Shown in pieces: positions 17,247 to 31,621 of a stretch of 64,000 bases of DNA. The stretch is from positions 45,570,001-45,634,000 of the forward strand of contig OX597826.1 in assembly GCA_951406725.2 (NCBI GenBank), written 5' to 3'. The DNA comes from Octopus vulgaris. Its lineage: Eukaryota. Position 1 is the stretch's first letter; every line of letters begins with the position of its first letter. Position numbers and translations under genes: made by a program. The notes under the pieces were generated by a model. It made no database searches. It had not been told where the DNA came from and saw only the letters and a list, made by a program, of their open reading frames with translations.

Positions 17247-17414
17247 CTTTGAAAAGGTTTTCTGCTTCAAGGAGACATTCTGTGTGTGTGTGTGTACGAT
17301 TGATACACTTACAGGAATATAAATATGTATATGTATTTTTACATACATAGAATCGCATGTATACATATATGTATACATACATGTATGCATATATATATAT
17401 ATTTATTTATTTAT

Positions 17415-17688
17415 GCGCCCTTTTAAAGCCTAGCCAGGTTCATGGGCCCGGTTTCCCGATATCTATGGCGTATGTGCTTCCCCCCCAGCTGGCCGGACGC
17501 CAGTCCATCGCAGCGTTGCTCAAGAAAAAGTGAGAAAAAGTTGGGGCGAAAGAGTACAACAGGGGTCGCCTAGTGGAGCTTTTAGGTGTTTACGCTCAAT
17601 AAACACACACAACGCCCGGTCTGGGAATTGAAACCGCGATCCTCCGACCGCGAGTCCACTGCCCTAAACACTGGGCCATTGCGCCTCT
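17415..17688 (-). mobile_element. SINE with family-B head and the 3' tail also seen at 54865-55060
   Basis: Head matches 200-308; tail gggcccatgaacctggctaggctttaaaagggcgc. Confidence 0.75.
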
Positions 17689-18539
17689 ATATATATATAT
17701 ATACGTCTGTTTGTGTTTGTTTGTGCGTGCGTGTGCGTGTGTGTGACTGTGCGTACTTGCGTGTGTTTGTATAATTCGATTTTATGTACATTTCGAATGT
17801 TTGTTCCAATATTTTCTGGCAACTTCTGAAAGCAATCTTAATGTCTTCGATACCGCAATATTGCATCTGTAGTGATCGAACCCTTGGTAAAAAAAATAAA
17901 ATAAAATAAACCCTCGCTAGTGATTGTTCTAATACACCTTATCACACGTAGATATTTAGAAGTCAAATATACAAACATTCACATCTTTGATACAGATGTA
18001 AGTAAATATGCACACTGATAACTATGGCAGCTATAGTATTTATGAAATTGCGAGCAAGTTCTACTGATATTAATGGTAGCGATAACGTTGTGTGCTTATC
18101 TCTTCACGGAAATCACCGCACCTTTGTTTATTTAGAGAACTCCACGGTGGGTGGTTAGTTGTTTGCATGTAGCTGTTGGGTTTATTTACTTTTGTCAAGC
18201 TCTGACAGTTTGTTTAATGTTTGAGGAGCTGTCTAGCGCATATGGTTTCGATCCCTGATGTCTATCAGCAATGTTATTCTACTTTGCAGTTTTACTCCTA
18301 ATGTCAAGAAGAGCAATGCTTGTAAACTTGTAGATGTTGTTGGAATTTGTGGTACAAAAATGTAACAGTCGTTGCCAATGAGGTAAAAATAACATCCAGT
18401 GACTAGTTATCATACACAGCTCAGATAAATATATATTACATACCAGTAAATATTTTAAAAAAAAATAGACGCTTATCTTCCAAATTCCATCCTTAAGTCC
18501 TTTGTTCTAAGAAAGTATAAGCGATTGATAACTTTTCTT

Positions 18540-18946
18540 ATTTCTTTATTGCCCACAAGGGGCTAAACATAGAGGGAACAAATAAGGACAGACAAAGGGA
18601 TTAAGTCGATTACATCGACCCCAATTCGTAACTGGTACTTAATTTATCGACCCCGAAAGGATGAAAGGCAAAGTCGACCTCGACGGAATTTGAATTCAGA
18701 ATGTAGCGGGAGGCGAAATGCCTATTTCTTTACTACCCACAAGGGGCTAAACACAGAGGAGACAAACAAGTACAGACAGACGGATTAAGTCGATTATATC
18801 GACCCCAATGCATAACTGGTACTTAATTTAATAAAGATGAAAGGCAAAGTCAACCTCGGCGGAATTTGAACTCAGAACGTAGCGGCAGACGAAATACTGC
18901 TAAGCATTTCGCCCGGTGTGCTAACATCTCTGCCAGCTCGCCGCCT
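18540..18946 (-). mobile_element. SINE family C, dimeric
   Basis: One head plus two ~180-200-bp bodies, junction at 18720/18721. Confidence 0.85.
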
Positions 18947-19711
18947 TAGCGATCGATAACTTTTCTTTACTGTTCTCGACCCTGTGTTTTCCTTTCTGCT
19001 TCTCACGAAAAGGATCCCAGCTTTCAGGTAAGCCTCATATATTTCACTGAGGGAAGCCCTTCTTGTCTTAGGTTTTGTTGGTTTTCAGTTATAATCCGTA
19101 ACATGTGTCTGTGACTCTGTTTTATTTGGGTTGGGTTGTTGATACTATGCAAAGCCATTTTTATATCTTGGAAGAGGTGGTCAATGTGTGGCCTATAACC
19201 TTTGACCTGCCAAGCAATGAGGATTCTATCAAGAGCTTGCGCTCTGCTGGCATAGCTGGCGTGAGTGACGCAACTTGATACACTCCAACAAGGACTGGAA
19301 AATGTAATGACTTTTTCCACATTCTTTTAACTGTTAAGGAATTCGATTAGGTAAGTATTTGATATTCGTGATACTGGAAATATTTCTTGCCGTGCATTCT
19401 GCACTGCAGAGATCTAGTAAAGCATGGACTAACATATTTAATGTTGTGAGACGAGAATAATTTCTATTCATCAGAAATGAAAGCTTTAATGTGAAGAAAA
19501 TATTATTTAATGAAAAGTTTACTTCAAAAATAAAGAGAATTATAAAATTTCAATTGACAAAAGATTAAATGGATACATTCATGCGTGTGTGTGTGTGTGT
19601 GTGTGTGAGTATGTATGTGTGCGTGTGTGCGTGAGTATGTATGTGTGCATGTGTGCCTGCGCATGTGCATGCGTACATGCACATATGCATGCACAGGAAG
19701 AGACATTAGTC

Positions 19712-19868
19712 TGTGACGTCGCAACTCATTTCTACAGCTGAGCGAACTGGAGCAACGTGAAATAAAGTGTCTTGCTCAAGAACACAACACATAGCCCGGT
19801 CCGGGATTCGAACTCGCAACCTCCCGATCGTAAGCTCGACGCTCTAGCTACTGAGCCATGCACCTTCA
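19712..19868 (-). mobile_element. SINE family D, 5' part
   Basis: ggtgcatggctcagtagctagagcgtc...gagttcgaatccc. Confidence 0.8.
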
Positions 19869-20042
19869 CACACGCACACACATATATATACATATATATA
19901 TATACATTCATACATTCATACATACATACCCACATACATAAATATATATTCATATAGATATAGATATAGATATACAGATATATGTAACCAGTGAGCCATG
20001 CACATTCACATATATATTTATAATTATATATATATAATATTC

Positions 20043-20190
20043 GACGGGTTTCTTTCAGTTTCCATCTACCAAATCCCCTCACAAAGCTTTGGTCGGTCCA
20101 AAGCTATAGTAGTCTAAGTTGCCACGCAGTGGGACTGAACCCTGAACCATGTGGTCGGGAAGCAAACTTCTTACTACACAGCCACTCCCA
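20043..20190 (-). mobile_element. SINE family A head
   Basis: Similarity to full copies. Confidence 0.75.
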
Positions 20191-20744
20191 TATACATAAA
20201 TATATATATATACGTACATACATAAAATATCAGCGATATTTATTGGCAACAAGTGTAATCAACGAAATTTTCTGTAAAATTCCGTTGATTACAAAACTTT
20301 ACAAGATGGGTTTGCTTTCCGAGTTGATTCCCAACATCTCCGTTCCCTTTCGCAACAACATTACACGTATTGTTTCCTAAATGATTGATGAATACTGAAA
20401 CCGGATGGTGATTAGCATTGAGAATATTTTTACATAATCAATCTAAATTATAAGTGTCAAGTTGTGTTGAAAGTCATTAAATTATCTTCGGATAAATTCC
20501 AATACAGCAATTCCAAGAAATATTTTAACGACCAACTCAAACATTGAAGTCACATTGAAACAAATGTTGCACACTGGAAGTGAGGGGAGAAGATGAAGAC
20601 GAGGTTGTATTTTGTTTGGAGAGTTGCAGCTGACCGGCCGACCGCCCCATTACAGCTCCGGACAACTAGTTGACATGTCGGCGATTCGTTTCTTGTTAAT
20701 GGCTTTGTATTTATCCATGTCAAAGATAATTATTTAATTCCTTC

Positions 20745-20935
20745 TGCTACAGGCACAAGGCCCTAAATTTTGAGGGAGGAAACTAGTCGATTGCGTCGAC
20801 TCCATTTATCAACCCCCCGAAGGATAAAAACCAAAGTCGCTCTTGGCAGGATTTGATCTCGAAGCATAAATCCAGAAGACATTCCGTTAAGCGTTTACTA
20901 TGGCGTGGTAACGATTTTGCCAGTTCGCCGCCTTA
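20745..20935 (-). mobile_element. SINE family C, diverged
   Basis: gccagttcgccgcctt end and aaggat..aaagtcg body. Confidence 0.65.
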
Positions 20936-21000
20936 AAGACACTTATTCGTGACCGTTGATGTAAATTAGCATCGTAATGTTTGTACGACTGACCACGATA

Positions 21001-21393
21001 TACTCTTTTACTTGTTTCAGTCATTTGACTGCGGCCATGCTGGAGCACCGCCTTTAGTCGAGCAAATCGAGCCCAGGACTTTTTCTTTGTAAGCCTAATA
21101 CTTATTCTATCGCTCTCTTTTTGCTGAACCGCAAAGTTACGGGGACGTAAACACACCAGCATCGGTCGTCAAGCGATGTTGGGGAGGGGACACAGACACA
21201 CACACACACACATATATAAACATATACATATATACGACGGGCTTCTTTCGGTTTCCGTCTACCAAATCCACTCACAAGGCTTTGGTCGTTCCGAGGCTAT
21301 AGTAGAAGACACTTGCCCAAGGTGCCACGCAGTGGGACTGAACCCAGAACCATGTGGTTGGTAAGCAAGCTACTTACCACACAGCCACTCCTG
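21001..21393 (-). mobile_element. SINE family A, full length
   Basis: Reverse complement of 2290-2686. Confidence 0.9.
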
Positions 21394-22040
21394 TAGTTTA
21401 TGGCCATTATCTAGTACATTATGGTTTTTGTTACATTACTGCACTCAGTACAAGATCTAAAGCTTTCACGTGTCAACATTTAGCATGTACCTGCATTTTT
21501 GTACGCAAGACCGAGTAAGGCTTATATTGTGGATGACAATCAGTTTTTCAAACACACGAGTCTCACCGCTCCATACTATTAATTTTTATCCAAGGGAAAC
21601 TCAAAGCAAAACAAAGAAGGTTGATAAAATCTTAGCATCCGTGTCGGTGTTAGTGTTGCTGTCAGAAAAGAAAGAGAAATGAATAGCACAAAGCAACTTG
21701 GCCGCCCACTTCTAATAATTCTGCCAAATCCACTGATCTGGTTCCGTATACTACTTTATAATCACTTCGAAAGAATTAAAAGACAAAATTGGTCTCGTTG
21801 GGGTTTGAACTCAGACTGTAAGTTCTCGGAACCAATGCCATGTGGCATACTGTCCAACATTGTAAAGGTTTAACTAATTTGCTGCATAATAGTTCAAAGC
21901 GGTCATCTTTTTCCGTAAGTCTAGTTTACTGGGTCTGCGCTGAAGCAAGCTGTCATGACCAAGATTAGTAAAGCTGATCTTTTTTTTCACAATACACCGG
22001 AATGATATATGATGCTCTTTCTTTCTTTCTTTTTTTCTTC

Positions 22041-22071
<31 letters not shown>

Positions 22072-22649
22072 TATTTATTTATTTATTTATCTATTCATTT
22101 CCCTCTCTCGCTCTCTCTCTATATCTATCTACCTATCTATTTATCTATCTATCTACCTATCTACCTATCTATCTATCTATTTTTATTTTTTTATTTTTTA
22201 TTTTATTTTAATTTTTTTTTGTTCTTTTCTTCCCTTTTACTATCCCTCTTGATCGAAAACCTACGCCACCCCTTTCTTTTTATTTTTGGTTCTTTTGTTT
22301 TTTGTTTTTTTTTCATCCCCCAAAAGAAAAGCTCTACCTTGTAACTTGTTCCATCTGTGTGCAGCCCTGTGTGGCCAATAAAGAAATATATCTATCTATC
22401 TGTCTGTCTGTCCATCTCACTACACGCGCGTGGCACATGCATACACAAATAGTCATTCATAACTTAGCGGTTCCTGCAAACGCCATCGATAAAATAAGTA
22501 CCAGCGTTAAAAACAGGTACCGAGGTCGTTTCGATCGACCATATTGTTCGAATCGATGCCCCAGTATGGTCGCAATCTAATGACTGAAACAAGTAAAAGA
22601 TAAAATGAAGCTTAAGGATACATACATACAAGCATGAATCTTTAAACAT

Positions 22650-22664
22650 AAATATATATATATT

Positions 22665-22726
<62 letters not shown>

Positions 22727-22880
22727 ATATATATGTATATATATATATATGTATATATATATGTATATATATGTATATGTATATATATATGTATATGTAC
22801 ATATATATATATGTATATATGTATATGTATATATATATATATGTATATGTACATATATATATATGTATGTATATATATAC

Positions 22881-22913
<33 letters not shown>

Positions 22914-23042
22914 TATATACATGTATATATATATACGTGTATATTTATGCATATATATATATGAACGTATGTGTGTGTATGTATATATATATATATGTAT
23001 ATATATGTGTGTATATATATACATGCATATATATATACATGC

Positions 23043-23106
<64 letters not shown>

Positions 23107-23170
23107 GCATATATATATATACCCACGCACATATATGAACACAGTTGTATGAATATATGAGTTATATATA
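22650..23170. repeat. (TA)n/(TATG)n microsatellite
   Basis: Direct reading. Confidence 0.95.
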
Positions 23171-24194
23171 TGTCATAACGGAAATTATAAAGCATTATTT
23201 CGGTTCTTCATGAATGAGCTACATCTTCAAGAAGAAAAGACAATATAATAATCTCTTTATTGCTGTTGTATTTATTGTGGTCGTTGTCACTGTTGTTATT
23301 GTTGCTGTTGTTGTTTTACAGCTTCTGTTGTTGTTTTCTTGTTTTTGCTTTGTTTGTATTTCTTTTTTATTTTGTGTTCAACATAATTTAAGTACAACAT
23401 CGAACAAAAGGAAAGTCACGTGGGCTTCTGATGGGATATCTGAAGCTTCGAACAGGAAATAGAGATAGAGTTGTTTTTATTTATTATTTATTTCTTTTAT
23501 ATAGTTTCAAATAGTTTTGTTTATCGTTTATTTCTTTGAGAGTGAGAAGTTGATTAATGCGGTCGAATGTCGAGAATTATATCAGTATACTAAATGTCCG
23601 CAAAGCAGTGCTTTTGATCTGCAGAAAAAGGAAATTGGAACCAAAGTAGAATAGCCATGATAAAAAACAAAACAAAAAAAAATCTATTTTTAAGAAAAGA
23701 CAAATTATTGTCTCCATAAAATATACTTTCATTTTCTTGGTTTTCTTTTTCTGTAAGTGTTAAGTAACAGCAATGCTTCTTCGTATAAATGGAACTGAAC
23801 AGAATTCTACGTTTTTAAATGGCCAATTTGGGAAAATAGTGAAGCATCCAGAGAATTACTGTAGATTTCAATTAGGTTTCGACTTATTATCAAAAGAAAA
23901 TTAGGCAAATAGATATTTGTTCGTATGTAGGTGTGAGAAACTCTGGCGGGAAGAATATAATCTTAAGGCCAGTTCAAATAAGTTGGAGTTATATTTAGTT
24001 AAGGTTTTTCCACTGTAGTTCCTTGTGGAGAAAATAAGTTCTCACTTAACACAAGAAGTTGTTAAAACACCGCGGTCAACTCAGAGCGCCTCTTATTGGA
24101 CTCATGGATGAATTTTCAAACTCGTTATTTCTCCTCTGTAGCAGATACCAAGAGAGACAACTCTGAGCTAATACGCATCAAAGAAGATGAGTAA

Positions 24195-24392
24195 AAAGAT
24201 CAGCAATTTCGGGTGAAAGGTTTAGTTAAATGCATCAACCCCAGTGCTCAACAGGTACTTATTTTATCGACCCCCAAAAGGATGAAAGGCAAAGTCGACC
24301 TCGGCGGAATTTGAACTCAGAACGTAAGAACAGACGAAATCCCAATAAGCATTTTGCCCGGCATGCTAATGATTCAGCCAGCTCGCTGCCTT
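24195..24392 (-). mobile_element. SINE family C with target-site duplication
   Basis: gaagatgagtaa at 24183-24194 and 24393-24404. Confidence 0.8.
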
Positions 24393-24508
24393 GAAGATGA
24401 GTAAGAATATTGAAGCCTTTTTTTTATTTTGCTAGTAAAATGGTTCTCAATACAGAAACCATTTTACTATGAAGGCCAGAAATTTTCAGAGAAGAGGATT
24501 ATTCTATA

Positions 24509-24657
24509 CAGGTCTTGAGCAAAGTGTGGCCCACATGACCTTCTGAATGGCAAGCCAACGAGAAAACGTAATTTGAATTGTTTTTGTACTGCGATCCGCC
24601 TAATGATAATTCATGTCTCATGACCTACTTCTCGAAAAAATAAGTTGCCTATGCCCA
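24509..24657. mobile_element. Old hAT-type MITE inside a degenerate SINE C
   Basis: caggtcttgagcaaagtgtggccc ... aagttgcctatgccca; tctatac on both sides. Confidence 0.45.
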
Positions 24658-25871
24658 GTCTATACCAGGAACCTCGGTACTTGTCTGGTTGGCACTTTAT
24701 TTTCATCAACTCTAATAGGGATGAAAGGCAAAGTTCACCTGACGGAATTTGAACTCAGATCATAGATAGCCATAACAAATCACATTTTTCGGACGATCTA
24801 TCGATTCCACCAGCTCACTGTCCATTACTCCTCCGAAGTAAAAGTAAATAAAAAAAAAATCCTTGTTCACTAAGTATTCTATTAGTGTCACATTAAGAGT
24901 AGTGTAATAGAGACGTTAATGTTTTATATACATTAGTATCGTGTATAGTATACTGTAATGTATACATTATTAGTGTCACACACCATTAATGACATATTCA
25001 CATTAGTGCCATATATGGAGTGGCACGTTACAGACGTTGGTGTCAAACATATAAACAGGAATAGTGGTTAATTGATAAGCTGTTGTTTTAACGTAAAAAC
25101 CGTCTATTTTTCCATTTCGTTTCCATTATATATTTTTTTTATAACTATTTTATCGTTGTTTAATCTTCCAGTGGTATCGAATCAACAGTGTAAAACGTAA
25201 TTTTAAGAGGTCTTTCCATTAGCACACACATCCCAGGAGATATTCTGTTAAAACTCAACAATATTCGAAACATTACAAACATCTATTGGGTGATCAAATT
25301 CTACGAGATGCCTTTGAAAGCTTACATCTATTGCTTCGGTGTGTGATGGTTTTTGTCAAAAGGACTTTTCAAATAGATAGTTGACTAACGAATGGACATA
25401 AAGTGAGTGTGTAGTGTAGGAGAAAGCGATCCGGTTTCAGTGTTTGGTTAGTAGCAACTACTTAACGTCAATGCTTTGTTAAAGACCTTAGGGATATGAA
25501 TGAAGGCCACAAGCCCTACTCCTAATTTACCTTATGCCAGATAGATTTTAATAGATACTATTAGGTTGTTAGATAAATTCATTCACTTTTTTACTTTTCT
25601 GTGTATTTTAAGCCTTTCCATCTTTTATTTGAATGGAGACAAAAAAATATTTTTGTCGTAGTTCTTTATGTTTTTTTATTTGTTTTTGGTAGTTCTATTC
25701 TTACTCTACAATTTTTCATATCATTTTTAAAATTTGAAAAAATTTTTACCTCTTTTCAGACATATTACAATGGCGTAGTGAGTAGGAAAAAAACGAACGA
25801 ATTTATCTCACAACGCAATACAAATTACGTAAAGATAAATATGCTAACGTTGAAGACCCGAAGTCTATTTA

Positions 25872-26107
25872 CGAGTGGATGCTAAACATTTCCTGGCTTT
25901 GGGTGAAAACAAAAAACAGGAGAATAAGTTATGATTTTATTTAGTAAGTAGCTTGCTTATGAACCACATGGTTCCGGGTTCAGTCCCACTGCGTGACACC
26001 TTGGGCAAGTGTCTTCTACTATAGCCTCGGGCCGACTAAAGCCTTGTGAGTGGATTTGGTAGACGGAAACTGAAAGAAACCCATCGTATATATGTATATT
26101 TGTATGT

Positions 26108-26196
<89 letters not shown>

Positions 26197-26545
26197 TGTC
26201 TCTGTGTTTGTCCCCCAAAAAATCGCTTGACAACTGATGCTGGTTTGTTTACGTCCCTGTAACTTAGCGGTTCGGCAAAAGAGACCGATAGGATAAGTAC
26301 TGGGCTTACAAAAGAATTAGTCCTTGGGTCGATTTGCTCGACTAACGGCGGTGCTCCAGCATGGCCGCAGTCAAATGATTGAAACAAGTAAAAGAGTAAA
26401 AGAGTATACCCTTCTTTCAGATTCACTCGTTTATTGCAATGTTCCTTCAGTTTTTCTATGCTCTGTCAAAGAACTTGGAAAGTTGGGCCTCAAATCAGGC
26501 CTTTCGCGATACCTTTAAAGTCAGGAACTTTTCAGGACACACTCG
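25872..26545. mobile_element. Deleted mariner-type element containing a SINE A insertion
   Basis: TA-cgagtggatgctaaacatttcctggcttt ... aaagtcaggaacttttcaggacacactcg-TA; similar TIR fragment at 47148-47206. Confidence 0.6.
25943..26404 (+). mobile_element. SINE family A
   Basis: Similarity to other copies; long internal (TA)/(TG) tract. Confidence 0.9.
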
Positions 26546-27693
26546 TAGTCAATGTATAAAATAACACAACTATCTTCATTTAAAAATTTAACGAACAGAA
26601 AGAAATGAGATCGAACGTGTTGAAAAAATCATCTTTGATTGGGAAATTTTCGTTGATAAATATTCTAAAAATCCAACTTGAATTAATCCAACGTGTAACC
26701 TGTCATGTGTAATTATATAGCTCTGATATTTATGCAATCCATTGAACAAATTAAACAACCTTTAGTCAGTTAACCTATTATATCTAATTAGCTGACACTT
26801 CGCTGGCATTATCCTCCGAAGCTCACAAATCTATAGTTAACCGATTAGATCCGTTTCCACCACATACATATATACGTGTATGCCTGCATTCATGTATATA
26901 TGTGTGTATGTGTGTGCGTGCGTGTGTGTGTTGGGGGCAATTATGTCTGTGTGTGTGTGTGTTTATTTCTGGTTACCTTGGCTTTCACTAATTTAATTAC
27001 CGCCTTCGGGTCAGCTGCGGCATAATTCCTTAGAAAAGTCCCTTCTTGTGTAAATATCGTCCCATAGTTAAGGCGGCTTGCTACTTGCATATGCCATGAG
27101 ACATTCAAAAATGTAATAACTTCGACCTCTCGCCCAACATTAACCGAGATGATTCCATTCCGAATAGAACGCTATTTTAGGGTTGTTCATTCTGATGAAC
27201 TGCATTGAAGCACGCCACACACACACACACACACATACACACACACACACGTGCGCACACTCATATACACACATACAATACACAAACAATATACAAACAC
27301 AATTATACACACACGAACGCGTAGATAGATATAGAAACAATTGTATTATAAATACATTCACATACAAGCTTATAATCACAGCCGCTCTACAAGGGAGTAA
27401 TTCATGAAATCAGTAATGAATACAAATACATACAACATACATGCATACACAAAGACACAAACGCACAGATAGACTCACAAACACACACACATATACACAC
27501 GCGTACACATATGCATACACACGAGCGAAGGCGCATGCACGCTTAAGCAAAGACAGAATGACGCAGAGGTGCATGTGCGCTGGAATACACACACAAAAAT
27601 TATATGCACACACACTTGTATAAAGCTGCATACAGAACCTTAGTTTTACACACACACACACATACTTCAAACATATTCATGATCAGAAATATT

Positions 27694-28096
27694 GTGTGGT
27701 AAGTAGCTTGCTAACCAACCACATGGTTCCGGGTTCAGTCCCACTGCGTGGCATCTTGGGCAAGTGTCTTCTGCTATAGCCCCGGGCCGACCAATGCCTT
27801 GTGAGTGGATTTGGTAGACGGAAACTGAAAAGAAGCCTGTCGTATATATGTATACATATATGTATGTATGTGTGTGTTTGTGCGTCTGTCTTTGTTCCCC
27901 TAGCATTGCTTGACAACCGATGCTGATGTGTTTACGTCCCCGTAACTTAGCGGTTCGGCAAAAAGAGACCGATAGAATAAGTACTAGGGCTTACAAAAAG
28001 AATAAGTCCCGGGGTCGAGCTGCTCGACTAAAGGCGGTGCTCCAGCATGGCCGCAGTCAAATGACTGAAACAAGTAAAAGAGAACAGAAAAAAGAG
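27694..28096 (+). mobile_element. SINE family A
   Basis: Similarity to other copies. Confidence 0.9.
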
Positions 28097-28286
28097 TATG
28101 TATATACATGCATACACAAACTTACAGTAACTCACACATTAATGCACAAGTTAACCAATTAGATCCTTTCCACCACATTCATATATACGTGTATATTCAC
28201 ACACGCACACATACTCACACACTCACTCACTCACACACTCATACACACATCATTTGCTCTCTTAAACATAAATACACAGAGAACTC

Positions 28287-28712
28287 GCACAGTGGCTGTG
28301 TGGTAAAAAGCTTGCTCCCCAACCACATGGTTTCGGGTTCAGTCCCACTGCGTGGCACCTTGGGCCAGTGTCTTCAACTATAGCTTTGGGCCGACCAAAA
28401 CCTTGTGAGTGGGTCTGGTTGACGTAAACTGAAAGAAGCCCATCGTATATATGTATATGTGTGAGGGGGGATGCGTGTGTGTTTATGTATGTATTTGTTA
28501 TTTGTCTCTGTGTTTGTCACTCCACCAGCATTTGACAACCGATATTGGTGTGTTTACGTCCTCGTCACCTAGCGGTTCGGTAAAAAGAAACCGATAGAAT
28601 AAGTACTAGGCTTATAAAGAAAAAGTTCTGGGGTCGATTTGTTCGACTAAAGGTGGTGCTCCAGCATGGCCGCAGTCAAATGACTGAAACAAGTAAAAGA
28701 ATAAAAGAATAA
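28287..28712 (+). mobile_element. SINE family A
   Basis: Similarity to other copies. Confidence 0.88.
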
Positions 28713-28762
28713 AATACATACATAAACACACACATTCATGCAGATACCCACACAACACACAC

Positions 28763-28858
28763 CTACACGCACGGGCAAACACACGCACGGGCAAACACAC
28801 GCACGGGCAAACACACACGCACTCACGAACCTACACGCACGGGCAAACACACGCACAC
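28763..28858. repeat. 16-bp minisatellite (acacgcacgggcaaac)
   Basis: About four imperfect units. Confidence 0.8.
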
Positions 28859-29478
28859 ACTCACAAACACAAACGTACGCACAAACCTTTAGAATGTATT
28901 TATCAGAAACTCCCAAATATATTGTTGAATTTGTGAATTCGCGGCCATTACGCCATATCGTCTGCTTGTGTTTTCCTTTCATTTTCTCTTGCCTGGTTTG
29001 TTTTCGTGAGAGAGACAGTGTGTTTCTAAGAATAGGTCTGAACAAAGTGCCATTATTATATTATTTTATTTTATTTTATTTTATTGCCATTTATATTCCT
29101 TTGAATCCAATCGCAGTCGTTATTTTCTGCGTGAAATAATCCTTAAACATCAAATAACCCGAACGCTTACATTGGGAGATTCGGTCCATATTAAATATGC
29201 ATATCAGCAGTTTTATACATATACGAACGTTCATACATATATATATATATATATACACACACTTACAGACAAACACAAATGCATATATACATACACACAT
29301 GTATGCATGCATATACATATATATACATACACAGACACACACATATACATATACACACACACATATATATACTCACACACATACATACATATATACATAG
29401 AGAGAGAGAGAGAGAGAGAGAGACGGACAAACACACATATATATGAGAGAGGGACAGCCAGACATATATATATATTCC

Positions 29479-29880
29479 TTTACTCTTTTACTTGTTTCGG
29501 TAATTTGACTGTGGCTATGCTGGAGCACCGCCTTTAGTCTAGCAAATCGACCCCAGGAAGCCTAGTACTTATTCTATCGGTCTCTTTTGCCGAACCGCTA
29601 TGTTACGGGAACCTAAACACACCAGCATCTGTTGTCAAGCGATGTTGGGAGACAAACACGGATACACAAACACACACATATATATATATATATATGTTTG
29701 TGTATCCGTGTTTGTCATCTTTTAGTTTCTGTCTACCAAATCCACTCACAAGGCTTTGGTCGGCTCAAGGCTATAGTAGAAGACACTTGCCCAAGGTCCA
29801 AAAGTGCCACGCAGTGGGACTGAACCCGGAACCAAGTGGTTCGTAAGCAAGCTACTTACAACACAGCCACTCCTACGCCT
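29479..29880 (-). mobile_element. SINE family A
   Basis: Reverse-complement similarity. Confidence 0.88.
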
Positions 29881-29974
29881 ATATATATATATAATACACG
29901 CACGTAAGTATATGAGTATGTATGCCTTTATTTTGCATCCATTCATACCTATAGTTATATGCATACATTCACAC

Positions 29975-30005
<31 letters not shown>

Positions 30006-30232
30006 TGTATGTATGTATGTATGTATGTATGTATGTATGTATGCATGTATACATGTGCATGTTTGCGAGAATGTGTGGGTTTGTGGGTGTGGGGTGTTGT
30101 CAAGCATATATATAGTTATGAGGGCATGTGTTTTTTTTAATTTCAATGTGCGTCAGTGCGTATTTGTGGAAGTGTGTGTAGTGTATACAAATATAAATCT
30201 ATGTGCCTACGCGTATGAGTGTATGTGTGTGT

Positions 30233-30296
<64 letters not shown>

Positions 30297-30433
30297 ATTT
30301 ACGTTTAGATATGTAGGTTTGTCTGAATCCATTTACGTAGAGGGAGTGGGTGGGGGTAATGGTTGTGATTAACATATATTGCGAAATAGAATCTATGCAT
30401 TGTCTCCATGTAGAAACGTACACATGTAGAGAT

Positions 30434-30633
30434 ATGATGGTTGTGCTGACGATGATGATGACGACAATGACGACGACGACGACGACGATGACGAACTTGA
30501 TGAAGGCAGTGGTGTTTTTGAAGGCAGTAATGGTTACGATGACGACGACGACACCAACGGCGATGTTCAAGAAGGTGATGATGGTGATGATGATGATGAT
30601 GATGATGATGACGACGATGACGGTGACGATGAC

Positions 30634-30668
<35 letters not shown>

Positions 30669-30990
30669 CGATGACGATGATGACGATGATGATGATGGTG
30701 ATGACGATGGTGATGATGATGATGATGTTGATGATGGTGGTGGTGGTGGTGATGATGATGATGATGATGATGATGATAACTCTGTTGATAACGACGACGA
30801 TGATGATGATAACAACGACGACGACGATGATGATGATGATGACGATGATGATGATGATGACGATGATGATGATGATGATGATAATGATGATAATGATGAT
30901 AACAATGATGGTGATGGTGATGATGATGGTGATTGTGAAGGTGAGGATGATGAATAATGATTGTAATGATGGTGATAATGATAATGTTGA
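30434..30990. repeat. (GAT/GAC/GGT)n trinucleotide array
   Basis: Direct reading. Confidence 0.95.
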
Positions 30991-31249
30991 TGGAATTGGG
31001 TGTACGGTTGAGGGTGGCGTTCGTGGTGATAGCAGTAGTCGTAGTGAAAATGACTATGATTTTTTTTATTATATAAGCTTAAATATCTGAATATGTGTAC
31101 AATATGTGTGTGTATGCATGTATGTATGTGTGTGTATATCTCTCTATATATACACACACGCACATATGCATGTATGCAGTATACAAATGTATATATATAT
31201 TTTTACAAATACACACACACACACACATTTATATATATAATTGTATATG

Positions 31250-31284
<35 letters not shown>

Positions 31285-31543
31285 ATGCGTGTGTGTGTGC
31301 GTGTACACACATATATGCATGCATGCAGTATACATTTACTTATATATATTTTTACATATACACATACATATATATGTATATATACATATATATATGTATA
31401 TATAAATATATATAGATATACACACACATATATATATATATATACATACACACATACACACATATATATATATACATATATACATATATATACATATATA
31501 CATACAATGGTGCCTTGTTGTACCACTACTCTATATTTATAAA

Positions 31544-31584
<41 letters not shown>

Positions 31585-31589
31585 GTATG

Positions 31590-31621
<32 letters not shown>

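Noticed and set aside
19790-19868. tRNA gene candidates in SINE heads
   Set aside because: A/B-box-like motifs continue directly into SINE bodies in multiple diverged copies; no convincing acceptor stem
18000-20650. Possible old LINE RT fragments on the minus strand between SINEs
   Set aside because: Too degenerate to support by eye
30350-31163. 246-aa Met-rich and 198-aa Ser-rich ORFs
   Set aside because: Frames of a (GAT/GAC)n array with no non-repetitive coding context
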